Positions 1-9,451 of a stretch of 20,000 nucleotides of DNA are shown one piece after another. Location of the stretch: NCBI RefSeq assembly GCF_004010195.1, contig NC_057728.1:51570200-51590199 (forward strand). Reading direction: 5' to 3'. The DNA is from Chiloscyllium plagiosum (taxonomy: Eukaryota). The notes beneath the pieces are model-generated. The model was not told where the DNA came from. It saw only the letters and a program-made list of their open reading frames with translations, and did no database searches. Every line of letters begins with the position of its first letter. Position 1 is the stretch's first letter. The position numbers and the translations under genes were made by a program.

Positions 1-172
1 CGGCCCTTGTTCCAGAGTGTCTAACCTGTCATGACTCTCACAGAGAGTTTGCATGTTTTGATGAGATCACCATGGGTTCTTTTAAGTCCCAGAGATAAAG
101 GCCCAACTTACTTACTCCCTCCTCAGAGATTGACTCTTTCTTTGTAGGATTCCGTTTGGTGAACTTATGTTT
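1..172 (-). mobile_element. Decayed CR1-clade LINE ORF2 C-terminal fragment
   Basis: Reverse strand resembles the CR1 motif KFTRLIP..LSYEERLSKLGLYSLE.RR.RGDLIETYKIL (..aagttgggcctttatctctggg..ggtgatctcatcaaaacatgcaaa..). Confidence 0.6.
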
Positions 173-331
173 CATTCCTTCTCAGGTGGTTTCTTCTCAG
201 ATGATGGTTTGCACTGAGATGGTCTCTGATGTGACCAATTGCTACAGAAGGAGACGTGGGCTGAGACGGTGCACACTTCACTGGCCTCCGTTTTCTGTGG
301 GCTCTCTTCACAATGATGGGGTCAGGGTGAG

Positions 332-715
332 TTCATAGCTTCTGCTCAACTCGTCAAACCACCCTCAAAAATAATTTGCCTCTGGAGGTGATGGCCACTA
401 GCAATTATCTCTCAGCGGCCAGTGTCAATATCTGCAGGATAGGATAGGTGGGAGAAGATACTGAATAATTTCAGCTTTTCTTGCCTCTTGGCAGGACAAT
501 GTCACCAACTCCGAGGTCCCAGAGTCTGTTCATTCTACACACTCATTGCCCAAGCTGATGATGCCAGTGTTGTTCATCAGATGAAAGATGGCTGTTTATC
601 CAAAGGCCTTCTGAACTCTGAACTGATTCATGGCCTCCTGAACATCACAATTCCTCTACAGAGACACTCACAAGCAAAACATGAAGTTGGTGGACATTGC
701 TCTCATTCTAATGCA
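332..715 (+). mobile_element. Decayed RTE-clade LINE, post-RT region, frameshifted and internally deleted
   Basis: Pieces in different frames read VHSFCSTRQTTLKNNLPLE, WEKILNNFSFSCL, SWQDNVTNSEV, VHQMKDGCLSKGLLNSEL and LYRDTHKQNMKLVDI. These are colinear with RTE motifs (F.YLGSTI.NNLSLD, LN.FH.RCL, ISWQDKVTNSEVL, HV.RM.DGRIPKDLLYGEL, RYKD.CKRDMK). Confidence 0.6.
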
Positions 716-774
716 AGTGCACCCTTTTTAAGACACAGATACTGAATCTGTGTAGATGTGCTCCATAGGCTTGT

Positions 775-908
775 GCTATCACAGCAAGACTTCTTTATTC
801 TTGTATACCACACTGCTCGCAATAATGGCCACCATACAATGTGCCTCCCAAGTTGCTTGCTGTACCTGTTGTAAGGTTTTGAGGTGAAGAATGTCTAAAT
901 TCCTCTGA
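775..908 (-). mobile_element. CR1 LINE ORF2 relic
   Basis: cagcaagacttctttattcttgta..gcaataatggccaccatac..ttgcttgctgtacctg is the antisense of the CR1 QVQQA..KANGMLAFIARG.EYK.KEVLLQLY region. Confidence 0.6.
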
Positions 909-949
909 GTTCTACAGAAACTCATTACATCCAGTCCATCATCTATATT

Positions 950-1148
950 TCAGAAACAAAAACAGAAATTGCTGGAAAAGCTCAGCAGGTCTGATAGCAT
1001 CTGTGGAGAGAAATCAGAGTTATTGTTTCAGGTCACCTGAAAAATTAACTCTGATTTCTCTCCACATATGCTGCCAGACGTGCTGAGCTTTTCCAGCAAT
1101 TTCTATTTTCGTTTCTGATTTACAGCATCCACAGTTATTTCGGGTTTT
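950..1148. mobile_element. PLE-derived fold-back (hairpin) insertion
   Basis: Arms 950-1033 and 1035-1118 are inverted around C1034, followed by an unpaired tail. Imperfect TSD atctatatttcag (941-953) / atctacatatcag (1149-1161). Same family as 6670-6790 and 14325-14461. Confidence 0.8.
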
Positions 1149-1194
1149 ATCTACATATCAGTTCCCTGCAAGAATCAACTAACACTGTTCTCAG

Positions 1195-1750
1195 TCTTTA
1201 CCCCATAAATCTACAAATAATTTCCTTTCATCTGCTTATCCAATTCCCTTTTGAATGTCATGATGGAACCTGCCTCCCTGATGCTGCATTCCAGATCTTA
1301 ACCATTCACTATGTAAAACCATATGTGTTGTTTTTGAGGGTTTTTTTTTGCCATTCACCTTATATTGTTGCTCTCTGGTACCTGACCTTCCCCTAATGGG
1401 AACAGTTTCTCTCTATGCCCTCATGCTATTGAGCACCTTAACCAAAACTCCTCTCAACCTGTTGGAGAATGGGACTAGCTGGGAGCCAATCCAGATACGA
1501 TGGGCCAAATGGCTTCTGTCTGTACTGTAAAATTCTTTTGATTCTATGATTTGACCTCCCTTCTCAAAGAGAAAACACAAGTTTCTGCAAAGATATACAT
1601 GAGTGTAGTTCCTCACCCCGGAACCATTCTACACCAATGTTTCTGCACCTTGTCAAAATTGGTCATATCTTGCTGGTGCCTAGAATTGGCCATAACGCAC
1701 CAACTGGGCTTCATCCAGACTTCAACCCAAGATGTAGCTGGAAGTGATTC
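1195..1750 (-). mobile_element. CR1 LINE 3' portion, interrupted at about 1465-1550 by a plus-strand CR1 3' tail
   Basis: Antisense CR1 motifs (ttatccaattcccttttgaa, cattccagatcttaaccattcac, agaattgg..actgggcttcatccag). The inner piece ends gatgggccaaatggcttctgtctgtactgtaa..gattctatgatt. Confidence 0.65.
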
Positions 1751-1884
1751 CCTGATCTAACTAGTAGCCAGCAGCTGTAACATTGGTTTGGGGTTTCCCA
1801 GCTACAGGGAAGTGAGCCATCTCCTGACTTCTCAGTTGCGGTTGGGAACCCCCACCTCCAAGAAAAATTAGCGTTGGCTAATGG

Positions 1885-2180
1885 CAAGTAATGTTCTGGG
1901 GGCCCTGGGTTTGAATCTTGCCACAACAGATGGTGGAATTTGAATTCAATGATAATCTCGAATTTAGTGTCTAATGATGATTGTGAATCCATTGTCCATT
2001 GCTTGGAAAAACCCATCTGATTGCTCTAGGGAAGGAAACTGCCATCCTCACCTGGTCTGGTTTACCCGTAACTCCAGACCCACAGCAATGTGGTTCACTC
2101 TTAACTACCCTCTGGGTATTTAGGGATGGCCATTAAATGTTGGCCCAGCCAGTGATGCCACCATCCCATGAAAAAAGAAT
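1885..2180 (+). mobile_element. Shark tRNA-derived SINE with CR1-like 3' tail, 5'-truncated
   Basis: B-box-like gggtttgaatctt. Body aligns with the copies at 12620-12976 and 16575-16968. Tail is tagggatggccattaaatgttggcc..catcccatgaaaaaa. Confidence 0.75.
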
Positions 2181-2382
2181 ACAGGGTCAATATCCATGAC
2201 ACATATATATTTCCCTTTAGCACAAACCCAGCCAGTAATAACAGGCTGGAATCAAGTCAATTCCCAGTTCCTCTCTCTTGATGCAGTCGTAATAAAACAA
2301 ATGTCAACTCAATGAAAACAACAAATGCTGGAGATCACAGTGGGTCAGGTAACATCCATGGAGGAAAAGCAAGCTAACATTT

Positions 2383-2702
2383 AAAAAAAAATCCACCAAT
2401 TCGACTGGGACAACACATCTATCCTGGGACAGGCTAAGCAAAGACATGCCAGAGAATTCCTAGAGGCCTGGCACTCCAACCACAACGCCATAAACAAACA
2501 CATAGATCGAGATACCGTCTATCAACCCCTCAGGAAATGACATCACCACAAACCCCAGGAACCCCATCCAGGAGAAAGATATAAATAGAAATCAGGCGAC
2601 AACAGCTTCCCTTCACTTGAAGGTCGCCACTGATGATGTTACCGAGCCAGGTAATGAAACGTCTGGATATCAAACCTACAGCTCAGCGAGCAAAGCTACA
2701 CC
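2383..2702 (+). mobile_element. 5'-truncated PLE: GIY-YIG endonuclease C-terminus plus 3' repeat with hammerhead
   Basis: 2394-2540 translates HQFDWDNTSILGQAKQRHAREFLEAWHSNHNAINKHIDRDTVYQPLRK*, a typical Penelope-type EN C-terminus that the ORF track missed. Flanked by 9-bp TSD ctaacattt (2374-2382, 2703-2711). Confidence 0.85.
2627..2666 (+). ncRNA. Minimal type I hammerhead ribozyme motif, core intact
   Basis: CCA CUGAUGA U GUUACC gagcca GGUAAU GAAA CGUC UGG. Stem I is CCA/UGG, stem II is 6 bp, and palindromic ACGU replaces stem III. Predicted cut after C2663. Confidence 0.8.
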
Positions 2703-3007
2703 CTAACATTTCAAGCCTAAATTAACTGAACTGAAGTGTGGAGGGGGCAGCATTTATGCAATAGTTTGGGGGTGCAAGGGGATGCTGGGGGCAGTGGGTG
2801 TAGGGTGCAGGTGAACAAAAAATATTGATAGGTCAGTTTAATTGCTCGGAATGTGAGAATGGCGGAACAATGATGTGTTGTCTGCCAGATTTGAAAGGAC
2901 GGTAAGTGGGGATGGAGGGAGAGGAGGACATGATAACAAGCTAAAAGAGAGAAGAAATGTTCACAGCTTAGAAATGTTGAACTCAATATTTCAATCCCTA
3001 GGCGTAA

Positions 3008-3073
3008 ATTCTTCTTATTCACACAAGGGATGTGGGCCACACTGAACGGGCCAGTCTTTATTGCCCTCCCTAA
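3008..3073 (-). mobile_element. CR1/SINE 3' tail fragment
   Basis: Antisense of the tagggatgggcaataaa..ggcc..cccacatccc..gaataa tail shared with the SINE copies. Confidence 0.55.
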
Positions 3074-3301
3074 ATGAGGACAGATGCAATGTGCTTGTTT
3101 CATTCCTCAGCCTTGCCTTTTACTTTCTCACAAACTAAAGCTTCTTTTTCAATTTCTAATCTGGCCCATCTTCCCTTGACCACCATGTTTTAATTTGCCT
3201 ATAATTTGCATTTATTGCCAATCCATTGACAAGATGGTGGTAAGGCATCTCTCCTCTGCAGGTAGTGCAGGAACACTTAGTGGGAGAAGGAGGTGAGGAA
3301 C

Positions 3302-3375
3302 CTAAGGATTCTGAGCCACATAGAGAGAGATTGATGCAGTGCCATTGTACTCTTGGCTTGATAGGTTCCCAAGCT
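3302..3375 (-). CDS. Possible terminal coding exon of an unidentified host gene
   Basis: Strong acceptor cacttactgttctccatcctcttatag (branch-like CTTAC plus pyrimidine tract). If spliced in phase 1 to 5886-6147 it reads (E)LGNLSSQEYNGTASISLYVAQNP*. Other frames are possible and no homology was recognised. Confidence 0.2.
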
Positions 3376-4599
3376 CTATAAGAGGATGGAGAACAGTAAG
3401 TGCTGGGAGAGAAGGCTTTATTCTCTGAGAGAAACCTAACCCGATGTGATTGTGTTAATTGATAGGTGGTAAAAGTTTTAATGCTACAAATTGAGAATGG
3501 ATTTACATGAGGTCTTGAGAGAGGGCTTTGAGCTACAAGACAGATAAACGAGTGAAGCAGAGATTTTGAAAACCCGGCTTTCTCATCTGAGATTATCCTC
3601 AAAAGCTGGAAAGAAACTTAAAACCGTTGATTGACATGGGAAGCTCTGAAGTACAAATTAAAATCAATTCAGGGAAAACAGAGTGAGGATACACTCTAGC
3701 TCACAGCACGGTTGAAGTAAACAAATTATAATTAGCTAAACAGTTACCACTGACTAAAGTTAAATACCAATACTGTTAGGGACTGATTAGGACAATTATG
3801 CTGGAAAATAATAAGTTTTCTGCAGTTATGGATGGTATTAGATACTTAATACTATCAAAGGAGATGCATACAAAACAAATTTCACACTTTTGTCTTGATT
3901 TCTGAAATCTTGGCATTTCTGTTCCATTTATTGAACAACAAAATTAACTTTCTTCACAAACAATACTTTCAAAAGACTTTCAATCATCAAAGATTCTCAG
4001 TGACCAACCAATGAGACAGGCCGTGTAATTATTCATAGGGTTATATACTCAATTTCTTTTTGATGCGCTCACTGTTGTGTTACTTTGCTTTTCTTGTGCT
4101 CGGTCGGTCTGATTTGGCCACTTCTCATTGCTGTGCCAGGATGGAGGGTGGCTGAAGGGGTGCAGGGTGTCTTTTGTTGTGTAGTTTTATACAAAATCTA
4201 TGAGTTTTGGGTTCAGCTTAGAATGTTAGAGGAAAAGTCAACGACAAAAACTGTCTTTAGATGTGAGCTTTTTAATAACATGGTTTAATATGTTATTATA
4301 TATTCGTTCTAAATTCTACAACACATGGAATTCAGAGATATGCCAGGTTCTGATCTTCTGTTACATTATTGAAAGACTATTCCAGAAATTCTACCACCTA
4401 ATGCTGGTTGATCTACTCGCTTCTTTTCCTTCTCCCTTAACTCCGCCCACACTGTGCTATTTTTGCCCAGTGAGGAGCAGCTCCATGACATCATCATAAG
4501 GCTGTTCCAGATTCATAAAACCCTTACTCTTGGGAGCTGGGATAAGAGGAAAATGGATGGGTCATTGTATCTGATTGAAGGAGGGTTAGAAAATCTGAG

Positions 4600-4780
4600 C
4601 TGGTTTACAACATTTAAAAGACATTTAGATAAGGATATGAATAGGAAAGGTTTTGAGGGATATGGGCCAAGCGCAGGCAAGTGGGACTAGTTTAGTTTGG
4701 GAACATGGTTGGCATGGACTGGTTGGACTGAAGGGCCTATTTCCATGCTGTGTGACTACGACTCGATGACCCTATGATGA
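4600..4780 (+). mobile_element. CR1 (HER1-like) LINE 3' end
   Basis: Encodes TTFKRHLDKDMNRKGFEGYGPSAGKWD*, then 3' UTR ttggactgaagggcctatttccatgctgt and a degenerate repeat tail. Confidence 0.85.
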
Positions 4781-4889
4781 CTGGTCACCCCAGTGTCCAA
4801 TGCCAACAGTCTTGTCTTTTGTGAAAAGGAAGTGAGGCTGTAGATCAGAGTATATTGTCAGTGATACTCAGTTAGACATCTGCTGTAGA

Positions 4890-5440
4890 TTCATAGAACC
4901 ATAGATTAGCTACAGTACAGATGGAGACCATTCATTGAGTCTGCAGGAGCAGCTTGGCTAGTCCCACTCTGCCACCGTGTCTGGTAACCCTGCAATTCTT
5001 GTCTCTCTTCAGATGCTTAAATAATTGCCTCTTGAAATCTTTGATTGAACCTGCCTTCACTGCAGTCTCAGGCAGCACATTCCAAATCCTAACTGGTCAT
5101 TAAATGAGAAAGGTTTCTTCCTCACTTCACCCATTGGTTCTTTGCCAATCACTTTCCATCTGTGCATTCATGTTCTGACCTTTCTGCCAAATAGAACAAC
5201 TTCACTCCATCCACTCAGCTCCACCAAACCTCCCCTCAACGTCCTCCCCTCTCTGATAACCAACTCCTGCCCAGACAACGTATCTATGTAACGGACAACC
5301 ATTCTGTGGGATCTTTATTGCATCACCTCCACTGGCTCCACATCTTTCCTACAGTTTGGTGTTTGGAATTGGATGGAATACTCCACTTGACGCTAAATCA
5401 GTGTTTTATAGAGGTTCATCATAACTCCCTTGTTTATGCA
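4890..5440 (-). mobile_element. Decayed CR1 LINE 3' portion
   Basis: Tail tcatagaaccataga on +, then antisense CR1 motifs (ggcagcacattccaaatcctaac, gtgttttatagaggttcatcataactccct). Confidence 0.7.
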
Positions 5441-5625
5441 TTTTATGTAACAAGATTGGGATCTGGTGAGGTTACAGTAACATCAGAAGACATTTGCTGG
5501 AGAAGAGAGAGGGGACTGCCTGTATTAGAGAGGGATGTATTTATCTCGAAGTATGTCATGTATAATATTATAAATACTAAAAATAAACAAAAGGGTTAGG
5601 AGTAGGCCATTCACACCATCGAGGC

Positions 5626-5735
5626 GTAAGTGGGTACTGCAGATGCTGGAGATTAGAGTCATGTTGGAAAAGCACAGCAGGTCAGGCAGCATCCAAAGAG
5701 CAGGAAAATTAATGTTTCAGGCAAAAGTCCTTCAT
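5626..5735 (-). mobile_element. Short PLE terminal fragment truncated inside its hammerhead core
   Basis: Same family as 9215-9451. Flanked by cattcacaccatcgaggc (5608-5625) and cattcgcaccatccaggc (5733-5750), 16/18 identical. Confidence 0.75.
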
Positions 5736-5885
5736 TCGCACCATCCAGGCCACAGTTGGTATCCTGGTTGATTTTGTGTGTCAGTCCCGTTTCCTGCGAA
5801 GATTATCTCCTGCCATTGCACTGTGAAGGGAAATCTCCTCCAAAGACATCATTGATGAGACCTAGAGATTAGTGTCTACTCTAAC

Positions 5886-6147
5886 CGCTGGCATGTGTGT
5901 GGTGCCGGTGACAGGTGCACGGACGCTTGAGAAACACATGCACCATGTCAGTATTCAGTCCTCTGGTCACCACTCCTTTCAGCCGTCTAGTCTCTGTTGT
6001 TGGTCCCCCCACTTTTGAATGCCTATCTGGACAGCCTCTAGTCTCCCTCGGGTCTTTGCATTGGTCTCCTCCCTGCTCTGCATCCCCCTCTGCTTGCTCA
6101 CTGACTCGCTCAGGGAATGGCAAAGAGCCATGGAAGAGGGCAGTACT
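5886..6147 (-). CDS. Candidate internal coding exon of an unidentified host gene
   Basis: Acceptor ctccactgctttcctccag, then an 87-codon open frame STALFHGSLPFPERVSEQAEG...VHVFLKRPCTCHRHHTHAS, then donor CG|GTTAGA. Non-repetitive, with locally retained CpGs. No protein family recognised. Confidence 0.35.
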
Positions 6148-6346
6148 CTGGAGGAAAGCAGTGGAGGTTCAGAAAGCGTGTTAGGAGTGGAACTGTGCAA
6201 AATCCCAGGATTTTAACTGAATTTATGTAGAAGCATTTGAAAATGAATTGTTTTTAATTGCCTCCATTCTCTGATAGATGCTGTTAGTGTGGTGTCTCTG
6301 GCAGTGACATCACTGGCACCGTGAGAATGGGCAGACAGTGCTTTCA

Positions 6347-6462
6347 ATGTGGAGAGGGTGGTGCTGGAAAAGCACAGCAGACCAGGCAGCACTGCCTGAC
6401 TTTACAGCAGCACACTGTCGACTCTGATCTCCAGCATCTGCAGTCCTCATTTTCTCTTTGTG
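6347..6462. mobile_element. Collapsed PLE fold-back fragment
   Basis: gtggtgctggaaaagcacagcag..caggcag-ca-ctgcctg..ctccagcatctgcagtc. 10-bp TSD agtgctttca (6337-6346, 6463-6472). Confidence 0.7.
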
Positions 6463-6669
6463 AGTGCTTTCACTCAGACACGGTAGCACAAAAGCACTCC
6501 CCCCATACCCACAGCTTTTAACTCAACATCTCTCGATCTCTGTCATGAGCAATTCCTACAGTCCTCTGGGGCAGAGCTGAGTAGAACGTAATTCTGTGAG
6601 ACAACCTGACTGAAAATATCTCCCTTTCTTTAGGTTCAATATCTCCAAACAACCAAGATGATACCCTAC

Positions 6670-6790
6670 AAAAGAACTGTAGATCTGAAACGGAAACTGA
6701 AAGTAGAGATTGCTGGGGGAGCTCAGCAGGCATCTGTGGGAAGAAAACAGAACTAATATTTCAACTCTGTTGACTCTTCTATTAGATTCT
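6670..6790 (-). mobile_element. PLE terminal fragment with decayed hammerhead
   Basis: Similar to the left arm at 950-1033. Antisense ctaatagaagagtc..gttgaaatatt is a decayed CUGAAGA..GAAACGUU. Confidence 0.6.
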
Positions 6791-7145
6791 GCCCCTTGAT
6801 TAAATCTAATGGAAATAAGATACCGAGTCCTGTCTGTCTCCCAGCTCAACAACCAAGCAAGACAGTGGGAGGTTTCTGATTATGAACAATCAGTCTGTTA
6901 GTGAGGTGATTATTGCAGCCTGTGGGTCAGAGCAGAGAATCAGAAATGAATAAGGTGCTGAGAATGGCATCGTGTGCAAATATTTAAGTGTAGTGAACTA
7001 CAACAGGTTTGAGCTGGGAATTCTCTGCTCAGAGTTAGAGGAGGGTGTGTAGATTACTTTGTCAAAATGCTTTTTTAATTACCAGGCAGATGTTCAGTTG
7101 AAGAGGCCATCATTGTCTCAGTAGTTCATTATTGTTCAACATTAA

Positions 7146-7309
7146 AGTCACAGATTAACTGTCATTTATAAGCCAATGGGCAATTTAGCTACTTTCGCAG
7201 AACGTAACAATCTGTGACACTGTAAGGGCCATGGGAAAACTCTCCCAAAACTTTCATCCATATAGAATCATAGAACAGTTACAGGGCACAGGGAGGCCAT
7301 TCAACCTGT
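7146..7309. repeat. Left copy of a local inverted duplication (partner at 8123-8303)
   Basis: 7146-7259 is the reverse complement of 8190-8303, and 7263-7309 of 8123-8168, with scattered mismatches and one roughly 20-bp indel. Confidence 0.9.
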
Positions 7310-7648
7310 CGGGGCTGTGCTGTACCAGCCTGACCTTGTTGATCCCGACAGCATGTTCCCGAGCCTGCTGCATTGTGGTGGACTGCATATTTGCCTCGAC
7401 CGTAACTGGCTTTGGCTTCAAGTCCCACTCCAGGGTTAGAGGGCAAAGCCAGCATTACCTGTCGAGAGTAACAGCTGAGGGAGATACCGTCTTTCCTTCT
7501 GCTCTTCTGTGAAGGTGAGCAATCCCTAGCGTCCCATCTGAGATTTTTCTCTCAGTCAGCGCTGAAAAAAACTGACTGTCTGGCTTTTAGCACACTGCTA
7601 TTTGTTGGAACTTGGATACAAACTGGCTGCTGCATTTCAACAGTGGCT

Positions 7649-8120
7649 GTTGTGAAACTTGAAAGGGTTCAGAAAAGATTTACAAGGATGTTGGCGGATT
7701 TGAGCTATAGGGAGAAGTTGAATAAGCTAGGGCTGTTTTCCCTGGAGAGTCAGAGGCTGAGGGGTGACCTTATAAAGGTTTATAAAATCATGACGGACAT
7801 GTATAGGATAAATAGACAAAGTCTTATCCCTGGGGTGGGGGAGTCCAGAACTATAAGGCATAGGTTTAGGGTGAGAGGGGAAAGATATAAAAGAGATCTT
7901 TTTCACATAGAGGTTGATATGTGCATGGAATGAACTGCCAGAGGAAGTGGTGGAGGCTGGTACAATTGCAACATTTACAAGGCATCTGGATGGGTATATG
8001 AATAGAAGGGTTTTGGGGAGACATGGGCCGGATGCTGGCAGGTGGGACGAGATTAGGTTGGGATATCTGGTTGGCATGAACAAGTTGGACCGAACGGTCT
8101 ATTTCTGTGCTGTACATCAT
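7649..8120 (+). mobile_element. HER1/CR1 LINE 3' fragment
   Basis: Translates VVKLERVQKRFTRML..LSYREKLNKLGLFSLESQRLRGDLIKVYKIM and AWNELPEEVVEAGTIATFTRHLDGYMNR (CR1 ORF2 C-terminus, frameshifted). Confidence 0.92.
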
Positions 8121-8122
8121 GG

Positions 8123-8303
8123 CAGGTTGAATGGCCTCCCTGTGCCCTGTAGCTGTTCTATGATTCCATCTCTGTGTATCATGGAAAGCGGATGAAAGAT
8201 TTGGGAGATTTTTCCCATGGCCCTTGCAGTGTCACAGATTTTTACGTTCCCCGCAAGTAGCTAAATTGCCCATTGGCTTATAAGTGGCAGTTAGTCTGTA
8301 ACT
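8123..8303. repeat. Right copy of the local inverted duplication
   Basis: Reverse complement of 7146-7309. Sits directly after the LINE and inside the split SINE. Confidence 0.9.
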
Positions 8304-8414
8304 CTATGACTTCAGAGATTTTTTTGGGCTTAAAGTGCTTTTGGTGCATCCAATGGTCATATCAGGCGCTATATAAATGCAAGTTCTTTTTTAAAAGAAA
8401 ATGTTATCACTTGC

Positions 8415-8716
8415 TAGATAGATTAGATTACAGTGTGGAAACAGGCCCTTCGGCCCAACAAGTCCACAAGACCCGCCGAAGCGCAACCCACCCATATATT
8501 TACCCCGTACCTAACACTACGGGCAATTTAGCATGGCCAATTCACCTGACCTGCACATCTTTGGACTGCGGGAGGAAACCGGAGCACCCGGAGGGCCCCA
8601 CGCAGACAGGGGGAGAATGTGCAAACTCCACACAGTCAGTCGCCTGAGGCAGGAATTGAACCCGGATCTCTGGCGCTGTGAGGCAGCAGTGCTAACCACT
8701 GTGCCACTGTGCCCCC
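8415..8716 (-). mobile_element. Full-length HE1-type (V-domain) shark SINE
   Basis: Antisense A box tggcacagtgg (8696-8706) and B box ggttcaattcc (8652-8662), V-domain gtgtggagtttgcacattctcccc..ccggtttcctccc, HER1-shared tail gggccgaagggcctgtttccacactgtaatctaatcta. Confidence 0.92.
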
Positions 8717-8779
8717 ATAATAGCAAGGTACCAGCTACTTATTTGACGATACCAAGGTAAGAGCTTTGTATTTGCAGAT

Positions 8780-8897
8780 AGAAGAAATGTCTGTGTGTGT
8801 GTAAGAAAGGTGTGTGTATAAGAAAGGCGTGTGTATGTGTGTGTGTAAGAAAGGTGTGTGTATGTGTGTAAGNNNNNNNNNNTGTGTGTGTATATGT
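8780..8897. repeat. Compound (AAGAAAGG-(TG)n) microsatellite containing an assembly gap (N, 8873-8882)
   Basis: Repeated taagaaagg followed by tgtgtg/tatgtg runs, then ten Ns. Confidence 0.9.
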
Positions 8898-9214
8898 AGA
8901 TGGGTAGTAGTGAGGGGGGTGGTGGGTGGAACTGAGGAAAGGGGAGAGAGGCCTCACTGTCCCTGGGAAATATGGAAGGTTTGCCTAAAGTCTATTGAGC
9001 ACATCAAAAAATCATAGTATTTTACAACTCATACTTTCATATTTAAATGATACAGCACTTATGTAGATCGGTAGTACAGAAACTTTAATGTTTACAGGTG
9101 TTGTCCCAAATTGACCTGTTCGACGATGTCATTATCTCCATTTGGAGTGAATGGGATTTCACCCAGGACTCCTGGCTCAGAGGTCCTCACCTCAATAATC
9201 ATGTACAGAATGTT

Positions 9215-9451
9215 CTGGATTAGTGGTGCTGGAAGAGCACAGCAGTTCAGGCAGCATCCGAGGAGCAGTAAAATCGACGTTTCGGGGAAAAGCCCTTCAT
9301 CAGGAATAAAGGCAGAGAGCCTGAAGCGTGGAGAGATAAGCTAGAGTAAATGTCGATTTCGCTGCTCGTTGGATGCTGCCTGAACTGCTGTGCTCTTCCA
9401 GCACCACTAATCCAGAATCTGGTTTCCAGCATCTGCAGTCATTGTTTTTAC
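9215..9451. mobile_element. Young PLE fold-back insertion
   Basis: Inverted arms 9213-9282 and 9348-9417. Perfect 15-bp TSD catgtacagaatgtt (9200-9214, 9452-9466). Confidence 0.9.
9272..9307 (-). ncRNA. Minimal type I hammerhead ribozyme motif, core intact, weak stems
   Basis: AUUC CUGAUGA A GGG cuuuuc CCC GAAA CGUC GAUU. Predicted cut 3' of the C at 9276 on the minus strand. Confidence 0.7.

Larger units (their letters stand above)
2313..3003 (-). mobile_element. Old PLE 3' fragment that hosts the nested insertion at 2383-2702
   Basis: Antisense of about 2968-3003 resembles the PLE ORF end (GLNIEFN.F). It is followed by a pyrimidine-rich UTR and a terminal repeat similar to other PLE ends here (aaatgctggagatcacagtgggtcagg on +). 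Confidence 0.6.
7365..8392 (+). mobile_element. Old Deu-domain (SacSINE1-like) SINE split into 7365-7648 and 8304-8392
   Basis: B-box-like ggcttcaagtcccactccag, Deu-like cacactgctatttgttggaacttg..aaactggctgctgcatttc..aacagtg, and 3' end ggcgctatataaatgcaagttctttttt after the insertion. Confidence 0.6.

Noticed and set aside
186..326. Plus-strand exon (ttccttctcag acceptor, GTGAGT donor)
   Set aside because: It is wedged between LINE relics, the peptide is unrecognisable and no partner exons were found. A non-coding exon cannot be excluded.
2717..3103. 128-aa minus-strand ORF
   Set aside because: It runs across a LINE/SINE tail and a PLE UTR and is a low-complexity chance frame.
7643..8195. 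Functional reverse transcriptase ORFs
   Set aside because: These are frameshifted, 5'-truncated CR1 C-terminal pieces with no catalytic domain.
7146..8303. DNA transposon with long TIRs
   Set aside because: No TSD or transposase is present, and the older SINE continues outside the right arm, which fits a local inverted duplication better.
8640..8716. tRNA gene
   Set aside because: The A and B boxes belong to the head of the HE1-type SINE and are followed by SINE body and tail.
8739..9017. ORFs with HT/CV repeats
   Set aside because: They are translations of the TG microsatellite across an assembly gap.
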